Part shown: positions 8,617 through 17,870 of the stretch, one piece after another
How the letters are laid out: the number at the start of each line of letters is the position of its first letter
How positions within the stretch are numbered: the stretch's first letter is position 1
Notes under the pieces: model-generated
The model's database searches: none
Seen by the model: the letters and a program-made list of their open reading frames with translations, nothing else
What the model was told of the DNA's origin: nothing
Position numbers and translations under genes: made by a program
Assembly (NCBI GenBank): GCA_001818675.1
Contig: MHJF01000006.1
Coordinates: 3,157-67,156, forward strand
Direction: 5' to 3'
DNA: 64,000 bases
Origin: Candidatus Harrisonbacteria bacterium RIFCSPHIGHO2_02_FULL_40_20
GTDB lineage: Bacteria; Patescibacteriota; Minisyncoccia; UBA6257; WO2-44-18

Positions 8617-8979
8617 TTACCGAGTTGAGGATTCAAAAATTTGGTTAGTTTCGGCAGCCATTGCGGAGATCAGATCTCCTTTTTCTTGAGATTCACCGTC
8701 TTGAATGATTTTTGGAAGCGCATTACTCCAATCAATTTGCCCCTTTTTATGAAGACGATTCAAGTGTTTTGCCGCTTCCTCGGCTTGCTGAAGATTAGTC
8801 CAATTAAGCCAAGATTTATCTTTAACGTTGGTTGGTATTGCCGTAAGGCAAGTTGAGCCATCAGGAAAAGTTCCGGCAATCACACATCGTTTTATTTCAT
8901 CTTCAAAAACAAAAAATGGGATAGTCGGGTCGCGCTTGCGCGGCCAGAGAACACAAACCTCAATCGGAGATTCGAGCAT
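8617..8979 (-). CDS. hypothetical protein, paralogue B of a tandem pair
   Basis: Homologous to 8277-8600 over about 90 aa; family not recognised. Confidence 0.55.
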   Translation of the reverse strand: MLESPIEVCVLWPRKRDPTIPFFVFEDEIKRCVIAGTFPDGSTCLTAIPTNVKDKSWLNWTNLQQAEEAAKHLNRLHKKGQIDWSNALPKIIQDGESQEKGDLISAMAAETNQIFESSTR

Positions 8980-9092
8980 AACAGCTCCCTTCGGTTTAAA
9001 TAAAGTTTGCGAAGAACTAGCTATATTCTATCACATTATAATAATTTGTCAATCAGGGTCATCTCGGCTTATACTAATAAGACTTACTTTCA

Positions 9093-11615
9093 ATGTTTAG
9101 ATGGTTTTTAAAAATTTTTAAATCTGACAATAAATATGTCCGCAATTTAGTTGCGGCTATTAACGCAATAGAGCCGGAGATTAAAGAATTTTCTAATGAA
9201 CGGCTGTTAGAAGATTCTCAAAGTTTAAGGCGACTGATTCAAGATAAGAAAATGAATTTAGAAGAGGCGTTGCCTCGGGCTTTTGCTTTGGTTCGGGAAT
9301 CGGCTAAAAGAACTTTAAATCAGCGGCATTTTGATGTTCAGTTAATGGCGGGCATTGCGTTGCATCAAGGAAGAATCGCGGAAATGAGAACCGGTGAAGG
9401 AAAAACTTTAGCCGCTACCGCGCCTGCTTATTTAAACGCGCTTTTTGGAAAAGGCGTGCATGTGGTAACGGTTAATGAATATCTGGCAAAAAGAGATGCG
9501 GTATGGATGGGGCAAATTTATCACGCGCTTGGCTTGAGGGTTTCTTGTTTAATTCACGAGGGAGCTTTGGCATATGACCCTTCTTATATTAAACAGTCAG
9601 CCGATGACCTGATTGATAAAGAGCGGGATATTACCGGAAGTTTTTTAGTTCAGGAAGAATTTTTAAGGCCGATTAGTCGTCGCGAAGCTTATTTAGCAGA
9701 CATTACTTATGGCACTAATCATGAGTTTGGTTTTGATTATCTGCGCGATAATCTTGTCCATCGTTTAGAAGATCAAGTGCAGGGCGGCCGCCGTTATTTT
9801 GCGATTGTTGACGAAGTGGATAGCATTTTAATTGATGAAGCTCGGACACCGCTGATTATTTCCGCCCCGGATACGGAATCCAGCCAATTCTATAAAGTTT
9901 TTGCCCGTGTTGCGCAGAATCTTGAGCCGGATACGGATTATTTGGTAGATGAAAAATTAAAAACCGCCGATATTACTCAAGGCGGCATTGATAAAGTGGA
10001 ACAACAGCTTCGGATTAAAGATTTATTTAGCGCGGAGAATTTGCGACTGACGCATTACTTGCAGGAAAGTTTGCGAGCCAAGGCTTTATTTTTGAAAGAC
10101 CGAGATTATGTTGTTAAAGATGGAGAGGTGATTATTGTTGATCAATTTACTGGCCGGATGATGCTGGGTAGGCGTTATTCTGGTGGGTTACATCAGGCAA
10201 TTGAGGCTAAAGAGGGTTTAACCGTGAATCAAGAGTCCCGCACTTATGCTCAAATTTCTATCCAAAATTATTTTCGGCTTTATGAAAAATTATCCGGTAT
10301 GACTGGCACAGCGCAAACTTCGGCGGAAGAATTTGATAAAGTTTATGGTTTGGAAGTTGTGAGTATTCCGACTAATAAAATAATGATTAGAAAAGCTTTG
10401 CCAGACACGATTTATAAAACTATAGAAGCTAAGTATCAGGCGATCGCCCAAGAAATAAAAGCCAGGCATAAAGCTGGCCAGCCGGTTTTAGTTGGCACTA
10501 TTTCTATTGAAAAGAACGAATATCTTTCTAAGATTTTAAAACAAGAGGGCGTGCCTCATGAAATGTTGAACGCCAAAAATCATGAACGGGAAGGTTCTAT
10601 TATTGCGCAAGCTGGCAAACCGGGCGCGGTTACGGTAGCAACGAATATGGCTGGCCGCGGCGTGGATATTATTTTGGGCGGCAATCCTCCGGAAATTTTA
10701 GAGTCGCAGAAGATAAAAGATTTAGGTGGTTTATTTGTTATTGGCACAGAACGGCATGATTCGCGGCGCATTGATAATCAGCTTCGCGGACGCGCAGGTC
10801 GGCAAGGTGATCCTGGATCTTCGCAATTCTTTTTATCTTTGGAGGATGATTTGATGAGGATTTTTGGCGGCGACAAACTTAAAAGTATGATGCAGTGGTT
10901 GAAAGTTCCGGACGATATGCCTATTGCTTCTAAGTCAGTTTCTCGCGCAATTTCGCAAGCGCAATCAAAAGTTGAAGGAATGAACTTTGACGCGCGTAAA
11001 CATTTATTGGAATATGACGATGTTTTAAATAAGCAACGTTTGGCGATTTATTTCAAAAGGCAAGATATTTTGGAGAATGGTGTTGTTGCGAGGATTCCAA
11101 AAAGCGAGGGAGAAGCTTTGCTTGCTGGCAGGCAGGAAATTAATATTAGCGGTGATGAAAATTCGCCCCGTAACAATGAGCCACTATCCCATGGAATAGC
11201 ACGGCAAATTTTAGGGATGTTGGATTTATTATGGATGAATCATTTGGAAAATATGGAAGCTTTGCGGGAGTCGGTTCGTTTGCGCGCGTATGGTCAGCAT
11301 GATCCGTTAGTTGAATACAGGCGTGAGGGGCATTTGCTTTTCCAACAACTGTTGGCGGATTTTGATAAGTGGCTAAAACAATCCGCTGAAGGTGGATTAT
11401 TCGCCCGACCAGATTTAAAAGATAAATCTGGTTTAGGGATGGAGGAAAACAGAGAAAATTTGCAAACTATGACTAATAACAATGACAATAACAAAATACC
11501 GAATCCGGATGTCATTAGTCATTCGTCATCGGTTATTATTAATAATAAGGTAGGTCGCAATGATCCTTGTCCCTGCGGCAGCGGGAAAAAGTATAAGAGG
11601 TGTCATGGAAAATAA
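9093..11615 (+). CDS. secA: preprotein translocase subunit SecA
   Basis: DEAD-like motor, preprotein cross-linking domain and C-terminal zinc finger CPCGSGKKYKRCHG. Confidence 0.95.
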   Translation: MFRWFLKIFKSDNKYVRNLVAAINAIEPEIKEFSNERLLEDSQSLRRLIQDKKMNLEEALPRAFALVRESAKRTLNQRHFDVQLMAGIALHQGRIAEMRTGEGKTLAATAPAYLNALFGKGVHVVTVNEYLAKRDAVWMGQIYHALGLRVSCLIHEGALAYDPSYIKQSADDLIDKERDITGSFLVQEEFLRPISRREAYLADITYGTNHEFGFDYLRDNLVHRLEDQVQGGRRYFAIVDEVDSILIDEARTPLIISAPDTESSQFYKVFARVAQNLEPDTDYLVDEKLKTADITQGGIDKVEQQLRIKDLFSAENLRLTHYLQESLRAKALFLKDRDYVVKDGEVIIVDQFTGRMMLGRRYSGGLHQAIEAKEGLTVNQESRTYAQISIQNYFRLYEKLSGMTGTAQTSAEEFDKVYGLEVVSIPTNKIMIRKALPDTIYKTIEAKYQAIAQEIKARHKAGQPVLVGTISIEKNEYLSKILKQEGVPHEMLNAKNHEREGSIIAQAGKPGAVTVATNMAGRGVDIILGGNPPEILESQKIKDLGGLFVIGTERHDSRRIDNQLRGRAGRQGDPGSSQFFLSLEDDLMRIFGGDKLKSMMQWLKVPDDMPIASKSVSRAISQAQSKVEGMNFDARKHLLEYDDVLNKQRLAIYFKRQDILENGVVARIPKSEGEALLAGRQEINISGDENSPRNNEPLSHGIARQILGMLDLLWMNHLENMEALRESVRLRAYGQHDPLVEYRREGHLLFQQLLADFDKWLKQSAEGGLFARPDLKDKSGLGMEENRENLQTMTNNNDNNKIPNPDVISHSSSVIINNKVGRNDPCPCGSGKKYKRCHGK

Positions 11616-11916
11616 AAATAAATTATTTATTTACGGTACCTTAATTGATCCTGAAATTCAGGAGTTAGTTTGGGGAAGAAAAATTAAAGGCACTGCCGAT
11701 ATTTTAAAGGGATACAAAAAATCAAAAATTAAAATTGACGGCGCAATTTATCCACTGATTGTTTTGAGCAAAAATGGGAAAGTGGAAGGATTAGTGATTA
11801 AAGTAACTGATGATGAGTTAAAGAAGATTGATAAATACGAAACCGACTCTTATAAAAGAATTGAAGTTGATTTGGAAAGTAGAAAATCTGCCTGGGTTTA
11901 CGTAAAAAATTATTAG
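11605..11916 (+). CDS. gamma-glutamylcyclotransferase-like (AIG2/GGCT fold) protein
   Basis: N-terminal LFIYGTL motif; start taken at MENKNK, overlapping the secA stop by 11 nt. Confidence 0.6.
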   Translation: MENKNKLFIYGTLIDPEIQELVWGRKIKGTADILKGYKKSKIKIDGAIYPLIVLSKNGKVEGLVIKVTDDELKKIDKYETDSYKRIEVDLESRKSAWVYVKNY

Positions 11917-12032
11917 GTAAAAAAAGCCCCCCCACTTGCGTGAAGGGCTGGAATACGTAGTGTTGTAGATCGATCTACGTCAGGAGCAAAGCCACTAATT
12001 AGTGGCTATGTAGAAAAATACCCGTCTATTTT

Positions 12033-12179
12033 TTAGAAATATTGTGTATCGTTAGAAAAATCATATGGTTTGTAAGTGCGAGAAAAACGGTAATTTTCTA
12101 GATGGGCGGCAAACTTCAAAAGATTCCAAATTGCAATAAATGGATTAAAGAGCTTCAGGATATAACGCAGATATTTCAT
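12033..12179 (-). CDS. small hypothetical protein (48 aa), absent from the ORF track
   Basis: GGAG Shine-Dalgarno 8 nt upstream of the ATG; MKYLRYILKLFNPFIAIWNLLKF; coding potential only. Confidence 0.25.
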   Translation of the reverse strand: MKYLRYILKLFNPFIAIWNLLKFAAHLENYRFSRTYKPYDFSNDTQYF

Positions 12180-12325
12180 TGTATTTCTCCATTAGAGAAA
12201 TTAAGTTTTGAATTTAAAGTAGCATAATATCTTACCATAAGTCTATGTGTAGTCGTCAATAAAACGCAGTCACGGGAGATAGGGTTATTTTTAACGTCAC
12301 TCCTTCTCCCGGAGCTTCCAATTGT

Positions 12326-12523
12326 TTAGATAATCCATTTTTCTTCTATAAATTTGAGGATGTTTTCTTCAGTCAGCTCTCCGTAATTTTTTACAATTTG
12401 ATTTAGAAACCATTTTATCGGTCTATTTCTTATAATGGCGCCGTCTTGGAGAAAGCCATAAGTTTTTTCCGTGATTTCCGTAGATTCAATCTTGCCATCA
12501 ATCTCAATCCAAATTTTAATCAT
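12326..12523 (-). CDS. small hypothetical protein
   Basis: 65-aa ORF followed by a terminator hairpin at about 12270-12315. Confidence 0.4.
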   Translation of the reverse strand: MIKIWIEIDGKIESTEITEKTYGFLQDGAIIRNRPIKWFLNQIVKNYGELTEENILKFIEEKWII

Positions 12524-12609
12524 CTGCTTCCTTTCTGTGAACCCTAGTATTTGTAAAAGAACTATTTCACTATAATATTAAAGAAGCATTATTTCAAGTA
12601 AAAACTTTT

Positions 12610-12795
12610 ATGAAAATATTAATTTTAGGAATTATTATATTTATAATCGGAGCAATGGGCTGGGTAGTTGCGGTAGTTTTAAGCGTTATTACTGGAGGCG
12701 CTTTTAAGATTCTCGTCAACATTTTTGGTTGGATTATGGTTTTGAGTTTACCAGTGGCAATAATTTGGGTAATTATAAAAAAGACCCGTCGATAG
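12610..12795 (+). CDS. small membrane protein (2 TM helices)
   Basis: 61 aa, almost entirely hydrophobic. Confidence 0.4.
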   Translation: MKILILGIIIFIIGAMGWVVAVVLSVITGGAFKILVNIFGWIMVLSLPVAIIWVIIKKTRR

Positions 12796-13068
12796 TTATC
12801 GCAGGGCCTTATTTTTATAATAAATGTTTTGTAGGATCAAGATTGATGTGAGAATGACTCCCGTTGTATCTGTCACAATGAGGAAGAGATCGGGTTTAGT
12901 CCACGCATAAAGAGTCCAGAGCAGGTAAGAAATAAAAGCGGAATATATTAGAACAGGAGCTATTCCGTCACAATTTTGCCTTTTATAATTTCGGTAAATT
13001 TGTGTCGGAAAACCTACAAGAGCAATAGTCATTGAGGCAATTACCGCCAGTGTTCCAAAGATAGGCAT
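12796..13068 (-). CDS. PQ-loop / SemiSWEET-like small transporter (3 TM helices)
   Basis: 90 aa with a PQ motif in TM1 (GFPTQIYRNYKRQ) and three hydrophobic segments, matching the SemiSWEET architecture. Confidence 0.5.
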   Translation of the reverse strand: MPIFGTLAVIASMTIALVGFPTQIYRNYKRQNCDGIAPVLIYSAFISYLLWTLYAWTKPDLFLIVTDTTGVILTSILILQNIYYKNKALR

Positions 13069-13161
13069 TCGCCACCTTCTTTTATTTTCAAGCCAAACTT
13101 TCTATATATTAAGTTCTTTTTAGAATTTTGGCAAAGTTAATTAAATAATTATACTAATGGG

Positions 13162-13848
13162 ATGAAAAAGATTTTAGTAATCGGGCATCGGGGCGCGTCG
13201 GGTTATGTTTTAGAAAACTCTTTAGAGTCTTTTAAAAAAGCCATAAAAATGGGCGTGGATGAAGTAGAGTTTGATATTCGCCGCACTAAAGATGGTAAGG
13301 CGATAGTTATGCATGACGCGAAATTAAATCGTACTACCAATGGCAGGGGAGTTATTAAAAAGCTAACTTTAAAAGAAATTCGCCGGTTTCGGATGGAAAA
13401 TGGAGAAATTATTCCTACGCTAGAAGAGGTTTTATTAGTATTAAAAAATAAAATTGGTTGCACCATTGAAGTTAAAGATTATGGGCTAGAAAAAGAAATA
13501 GTGCGTTTGATTAAAAAGTTAAAGGTTAAAAATTGGGTGATCGTAGGCAGTTTTAAGAAAACTGTGATTAAAAAGGTTAAAAAACTTATGCCAGAGGCGC
13601 GCACCCAGTTAATTGCTGATCGTGTTTTTTCTGTTAGGCATTTTATTAAAAAGTCTTTAAGTTTAGGAGCGAGTATTATTGCTTTAGATTACAAAAAAAT
13701 AAGTAAGAAGTTCATTGATGTCGCGCATAAAAATAATCTGAAAGTTTATGTTTGGACAGTGAATGATCGCAAAATAGCAAATAAAATGCGCCGTTTAGGC
13801 GTAGATGGAATGGAAGGGAATTATCCGGATCGTCTAAATCAAATCTAA
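13162..13848 (+). CDS. ugpQ: glycerophosphodiester phosphodiesterase
   Basis: IGHRGASGYVLENSLESFKKAIKMGVDEVEFDIRRTKDGKAIVMHD GDPD signature. Confidence 0.85.
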   Translation: MKKILVIGHRGASGYVLENSLESFKKAIKMGVDEVEFDIRRTKDGKAIVMHDAKLNRTTNGRGVIKKLTLKEIRRFRMENGEIIPTLEEVLLVLKNKIGCTIEVKDYGLEKEIVRLIKKLKVKNWVIVGSFKKTVIKKVKKLMPEARTQLIADRVFSVRHFIKKSLSLGASIIALDYKKISKKFIDVAHKNNLKVYVWTVNDRKIANKMRRLGVDGMEGNYPDRLNQI

Positions 13849-14991
13849 AAATTCCTTTTTAAATCTTTCTTTAGAAAATCTTTTTGCTTTTTCGGCGATT
13901 TCCGCGCGGCTGTTAAGTCCTGAGTTTATCGAAGGATTAAACTTTTTATTTTCAAATTCTTTAATGGCCGTAACGATTGCGTCCGATGTTTGTTCTTGAA
14001 AGAAAATTCCAGTTTTTTTATTTTCTATAATTTCCAGCGCTCCGCCGGCGGCATAGGCAATGACCGGCAGTCCGCAAGCTTGCGCTTCCGCGGCCACTAA
14101 TCCAAAATCTTCCACTTGGGGGAAAATTAACGCTTGCGCTTCGTTATATAGCCCCCTTAATTTATCATCACTGACATTGCCAAGAAATTCTATATTTTTG
14201 ATTTTTGTCCGCCGGCTGGCGGATTGATTTTTGATTTTTTTTTCTTCTGGCCCCGATCCAACAATTTTTAAAGGCAATCCTAAGTTTGCAAAAGCCTCAA
14301 TAATTAAATCAAAGCGTTTGTAGTGCATGAGCCGCCCAACGGCTAAATAGTAGGGCGTTCGAGGTTCGAGGTTCGAGGTTCGAGGTTCAAAGAAGAAATT
14401 ATCAGTATTCACTGGCGGATAGATTACTGTCGCTTTTCGGTTATAATACTTTTTGATTTTATCCGCGATAAATTGAGAGTTGGCAATTAAAACATCTGGC
14501 TTTTGCGCTGTTTTATAATCCCATTTTCGCAGAGCGGACAACAGCGGTTTTAAAATCAAATTCCTTAATTTTGAATTTTGAATTTTGAATTTTGAATTTA
14601 TGTATTCCGGTTCCCACGCGTATCGTAGGGGAGTATGAATATAAGAAATGTGTTTGGTGTGAGATGTGGGATGTGAGGGGTTGCGGGCAACGCGAATTCC
14701 TTTTGCGTATCCAGCTGTGTCGGAAATTATCAGGTCGTAATCCGCGTTTAACTTCAAACTGCTAACAGCCAACGGCATTAACGGAATAAACCAGCGATGA
14801 TATTTTCGGATAAATGGAATATCTAAAAAACTGGTTTTTTGTACCCGATCGTGAAAACGATTGAGGGTTTTTTCTGGGTCATGAAGTAGGGTATAAATTG
14901 GAGCCTCTGGAAAAATTTCTATTAGTGTCTCTAAAACTCGTTCTCCGCCTCCGAGTTGGTTGAGATAATCGTGCAATAAAGCGACTTTCAT
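13834..14991 (-). CDS. GT4-family glycosyltransferase
   Basis: GT-B fold with the C-terminal EDFGLVAAEAQACGLPVIAYAAGGALEII motif; contains two in-frame heptanucleotide tandem repeats. Confidence 0.85.
   Translation of the reverse strand: MKVALLHDYLNQLGGGERVLETLIEIFPEAPIYTLLHDPEKTLNRFHDRVQKTSFLDIPFIRKYHRWFIPLMPLAVSSLKLNADYDLIISDTAGYAKGIRVARNPSHPTSHTKHISYIHTPLRYAWEPEYINSKFKIQNSKLRNLILKPLLSALRKWDYKTAQKPDVLIANSQFIADKIKKYYNRKATVIYPPVNTDNFFFEPRTSNLEPRTPYYLAVGRLMHYKRFDLIIEAFANLGLPLKIVGSGPEEKKIKNQSASRRTKIKNIEFLGNVSDDKLRGLYNEAQALIFPQVEDFGLVAAEAQACGLPVIAYAAGGALEIIENKKTGIFFQEQTSDAIVTAIKEFENKKFNPSINSGLNSRAEIAEKAKRFSKERFKKEFLDLI
14357..14391. repeat. heptanucleotide tandem repeat (gttcgag) x4 plus a partial copy, inside the GT4 CDS
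   Basis: Perfect 7-nt tandem copies that encode EPRTSNLEPRTP on the minus strand. Confidence 0.8.
14567..14594. repeat. heptanucleotide tandem repeat (aattttg) x4, inside the GT4 CDS
   Basis: Perfect 7-nt tandem copies that encode NSKFKIQNSKL on the minus strand. Confidence 0.8.
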
Positions 14992-14996
14992 ATATT

Positions 14997-15080
14997 TAGC
15001 GACTAGCGACTAGTGGTTAGCCACTAGTTTACAGGCGTTATTAGTATTCTACTCGTGGCTAGTGGCTAGTGGCTAGTGGC
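14997..15080. repeat. intergenic heptamer repeats (gcgacta x2, palindrome actagtggttagccactagt, tggctag x3.5) in the divergent promoter region
   Basis: Read directly; lies between the GT4 start and the sugar-transferase promoter. Confidence 0.75.
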
Positions 15081-15082
15081 TT

Positions 15083-15092
15083 TGTGTATAAT
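15083..15092 (+). promoter_or_regulatory. extended -10 element tgtgTATAAT, 7 nt upstream of the sugar transferase ATG
   Basis: Sequence match; the tggctag repeats occupy the -35 and spacer region. Confidence 0.45.
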
Positions 15093-15099
15093 AAGTATT

Positions 15100-15687
15100 A
15101 TGCGTAGATTGTTTGATATCACTGGCGCTTTGGTGGGGTTAGCAATAACTTTTCCTTTTTGGCCTCTGATAGTTTTAGCGATTAAAATAGATTCACGGGG
15201 CCCGGCTCTTGTTCGTTTAGCGCGCGTGAGTAGGGGGAAATTGATTTATGTGTATAAATTTCGTTCTATGGTTGCCTGCGCTCATCTTTTGAAGAATAAG
15301 TTTTTTAATCTTAATGAGCGCCAAGACGGGCCATTTTTTAAGATTAAACAGGATCCGAGATTAACTCGCGTGGGTAAAATCATTAGAAAATTTCGTTTAG
15401 ATGAGCTTCCGCAATTCTTTAATGTTTTAAAAGGAGATTTGGCGCTAGTTGGCCCTCGGCCTCATGAGCCTGAAGAAGTCATTCATTATCCGGATGAATA
15501 CAAACATTTAATTTTGGCAAAAGCTGGCCTTACCGGTTTGTCACAGGTGAATGGCGCTTCTAGTTTGCCATTTTTATCCGAACTTAATTTAGACCATTAT
15601 TATGTTAAAAATCGAACTTTGGGTATGGATATTCAGATATTAAAGAAGACGATCGGGGTATTTTTTACCGATTCTACAGCGGTTTGA
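15100..15687 (+). CDS. undecaprenyl-phosphate sugar phosphotransferase (bacterial sugar transferase, WbaP/PglC C-terminal domain type)
   Basis: DELPQFFNVLKGDLALVGPRP motif; N-terminal TM helix; start taken at MRRLFDITG. Confidence 0.8.
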   Translation: MRRLFDITGALVGLAITFPFWPLIVLAIKIDSRGPALVRLARVSRGKLIYVYKFRSMVACAHLLKNKFFNLNERQDGPFFKIKQDPRLTRVGKIIRKFRLDELPQFFNVLKGDLALVGPRPHEPEEVIHYPDEYKHLILAKAGLTGLSQVNGASSLPFLSELNLDHYYVKNRTLGMDIQILKKTIGVFFTDSTAV

Positions 15688-15751
15688 ATATTGTTCTCTT
15701 GTGGATAAGCCCCCCTACTTTAAAGGTCGCATTTAGAGTATAATCATTATT

Positions 15752-16138
15752 ATGAAAACATTTTTTAAAAAATTTTTATATTTATTGGTCGTTTTAGCGA
15801 TAGCGGTCGTATTTTTCCTTTTGGTTTGGAAGGTTATTTATCCCGCAATTTCTAGCACTATTGCGAGGGGCGGAAATTATCAGGGAGTATTTTTGGATGA
15901 TGGCACAGTTTATTTTGGAAAAGTTTCTAATCTTAGCTCTGCTTTTATTTATATGGAGGATGTTTTTTATTTACAGACTAATAAGGGGCAAAATCCCGTG
16001 TTAGTTGAGTTTGGCACCGTTGAGGCTTATGGCCCAGAAAATCATCTTCAGATTAATAGGGATAAAGTACGGTCTATTCAAGATTTGAAATCCGACTCCC
16101 AAGTGGTTCGAGCCATTCGTGATTACCGCGCTAAATAA
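15752..16138 (+). CDS. hypothetical membrane-anchored protein
   Basis: N-terminal TM helix; no recognised motifs. Confidence 0.45.
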   Translation: MKTFFKKFLYLLVVLAIAVVFFLLVWKVIYPAISSTIARGGNYQGVFLDDGTVYFGKVSNLSSAFIYMEDVFYLQTNKGQNPVLVEFGTVEAYGPENHLQINRDKVRSIQDLKSDSQVVRAIRDYRAK

Positions 16139-16149
16139 TAAATAAAAAT

Positions 16150-16347
16150 ATGTTTGATAAAATTTTTAGATTATTTCGGAAAGCTGATCAGGCGATGAGC
16201 GCGGCGGAAAGCATGCAGCGCACTGTTCAGCGGACAGAATATCAGGCGCAGAATGTTTCTAGTGTCAGCGCCAGTGGCAAGAAGTGGAAATGGGTTTTAC
16301 TTATAGTGATTTTGGCGGTAGCGGTGTTATATATAATATTCGGATAA
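16150..16347 (+). CDS. small hypothetical protein with a C-terminal TM helix
   Basis: 65-aa ORF followed by a terminator. Confidence 0.4.
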   Translation: MFDKIFRLFRKADQAMSAAESMQRTVQRTEYQAQNVSSVSASGKKWKWVLLIVILAVAVLYIIFG

Positions 16348-16393
16348 AAAACCCCCTCTTTTTACACATTCGTGTGAAAAAGAGGGGGTTTTT
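16348..16393. terminator. long bidirectional terminator hairpin (ccccctcttttt ... aaaaagaggggg); a second copy is at 57489-57536
   Basis: 12-bp GC-clamped stem with T-runs on both sides. Confidence 0.6.
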
Positions 16394-16397
16394 GTTT

Positions 16398-16469
16398 TGT
16401 CCCCGCGAAGAATCGAACTTCGATCTACTCCTTAGAAGGGAGTCGTTCTGTCCATTGAACTACGGGGAC
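16398..16469 (-). tRNA. tRNA-Arg (anticodon TCT)
   Basis: Cloverleaf: acceptor GTCCCCG/CGGGGAC, anticodon loop CTTCTAA, T-loop TTCGATT. Confidence 0.75.
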
Positions 16470-16573
16470 ATCGGACAAAAAAATATTAGCAGATTCTATT
16501 GACATTAGCCACTTTTGTATTTTAAAATCTCTTTAGATTTTTGAAACCTCAGATTAGATAGAAAGGAAGAAAA

Positions 16574-17833
16574 ATGACTTATCGGCAACTGCGCACTGAT
16601 TTTGGAGCCTGGCTTTATGTGGCAGGAATGCCTCACGTCCATAGTGTTTCTTCCGGAGTCTTGGTATATGCCGGCACTATAGATGAAAGTTGGCCAAAAG
16701 AAGCTGGATTAGCCCATGCTTTTGAACATATGGTTTTTCAGGGGACTGCCCGTTTTCCTGATAGCCGGTCTGCCGCTGATTATTTGGAGAGCGTGGGTGG
16801 TTCGTCTAATGCTTGGACTTGGAAAGAGCACACTTTTTTCCACGCGCACGCGCCCGATACTGATTGGAAAAGGACTATAATTTGGCTGGCGGAAATTTTA
16901 AACGCCCCGCGATTTGATTCTAAGAAGATCGGTTCCGAAATGAAAATTATTTTAGAGGAGATTAAACGGCATCGGGACAATCCCAGTTCTTATGTCGGCG
17001 AGGCGGGTGAGGCGTTATTATATAGCGATCACCCTTTAGGCCGGTCTACTTTAGGGCTGGAAGAATCAGTATCGAGTTTTCAGAAAGAGGATTTTTTATC
17101 TTGGCAGGCGCAACATTATTATCCGGAGAATTTTGCTTTTTTGGTTGCCGGCAATGTAAATGCGAAAAGTGTATTAGATTTTATCAATAAATCTTTTAGT
17201 TCCGCAGCTACTAAACAGAATCGGAGATTGCCGCTTTTTGATCTTCCGCATCCGCCTGATTTTAAGCCGCCGATTAATGCGGAAAAAATTGTGGAGCGGG
17301 AAGTTGAGCAGGTGAATATTTATCTCGCCGCTCCGATTCCCGGTTTTTATACTCGAGAAACCGCAGTTTTGGATTTTTTTTCTGATATGTTGGGCGCTGG
17401 ATCGTCTTTCCCTCTTTTCCAGGAAGTTCGGGATAAGCTTGGTCTTTGTTATTCTATCGGGTCTGGGGTATATCGGTGGGACGATGTCGGTTCTTTTATT
17501 ATTTTTTTAGGAACAGACGTTAAACGTTGGAAGCTGGCTTTGGATACTATTTTTAAAGTTATTCGGAAAAGCGCTGGTGATCCGGCGCTGCTTAAAAAAA
17601 CCAAGCGGGTATTAAAGGGCCGGTTGGCGATAGGCGTGGATAGTTCTTTTGAAGTTCTTAATAAAATGTCTATGGATATGGTTTTTTGCGGATTGCCTCG
17701 GGGTCTTGAAGAAACGTTGGCGGAAATTCAAAGCGTTACTTTAAATGAAGTGTGGCAGGCAGTTAGACATTATTTAACTCCGGAAAAATTTGTGCGCGCG
17801 TTTGTTGCCCCGAAAGGATTTAAAACCAGTTAA
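16574..17833 (+). CDS. M16-family zinc peptidase (pitrilysin/insulinase-like)
   Basis: HxxEH zinc-binding motif HAFEHMVFQG and the two-domain M16 architecture. Confidence 0.8.
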   Translation: MTYRQLRTDFGAWLYVAGMPHVHSVSSGVLVYAGTIDESWPKEAGLAHAFEHMVFQGTARFPDSRSAADYLESVGGSSNAWTWKEHTFFHAHAPDTDWKRTIIWLAEILNAPRFDSKKIGSEMKIILEEIKRHRDNPSSYVGEAGEALLYSDHPLGRSTLGLEESVSSFQKEDFLSWQAQHYYPENFAFLVAGNVNAKSVLDFINKSFSSAATKQNRRLPLFDLPHPPDFKPPINAEKIVEREVEQVNIYLAAPIPGFYTRETAVLDFFSDMLGAGSSFPLFQEVRDKLGLCYSIGSGVYRWDDVGSFIIFLGTDVKRWKLALDTIFKVIRKSAGDPALLKKTKRVLKGRLAIGVDSSFEVLNKMSMDMVFCGLPRGLEETLAEIQSVTLNEVWQAVRHYLTPEKFVRAFVAPKGFKTS

Positions 17834-17870
17834 TAAATTTTTCTCCCCCGCAAAGCGGGGGATTTCTTTT

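Noticed and set aside
9093-11615. Several short antisense ORFs inside secA, fbp, pilT, ligA and the P-type ATPase listed in the ORF track
   Set aside because: Embedded in and antisense to long, well-supported genes; no independent signals.
16284-16502. ORF-track CDS of 72 aa
   Set aside because: Overlaps the terminator hairpin and tRNA-Arg(TCT) on the opposite strand. The LCP...NYG peptide is a typical translation of a tRNA and recurs in other tRNA-overlapping ORFs.
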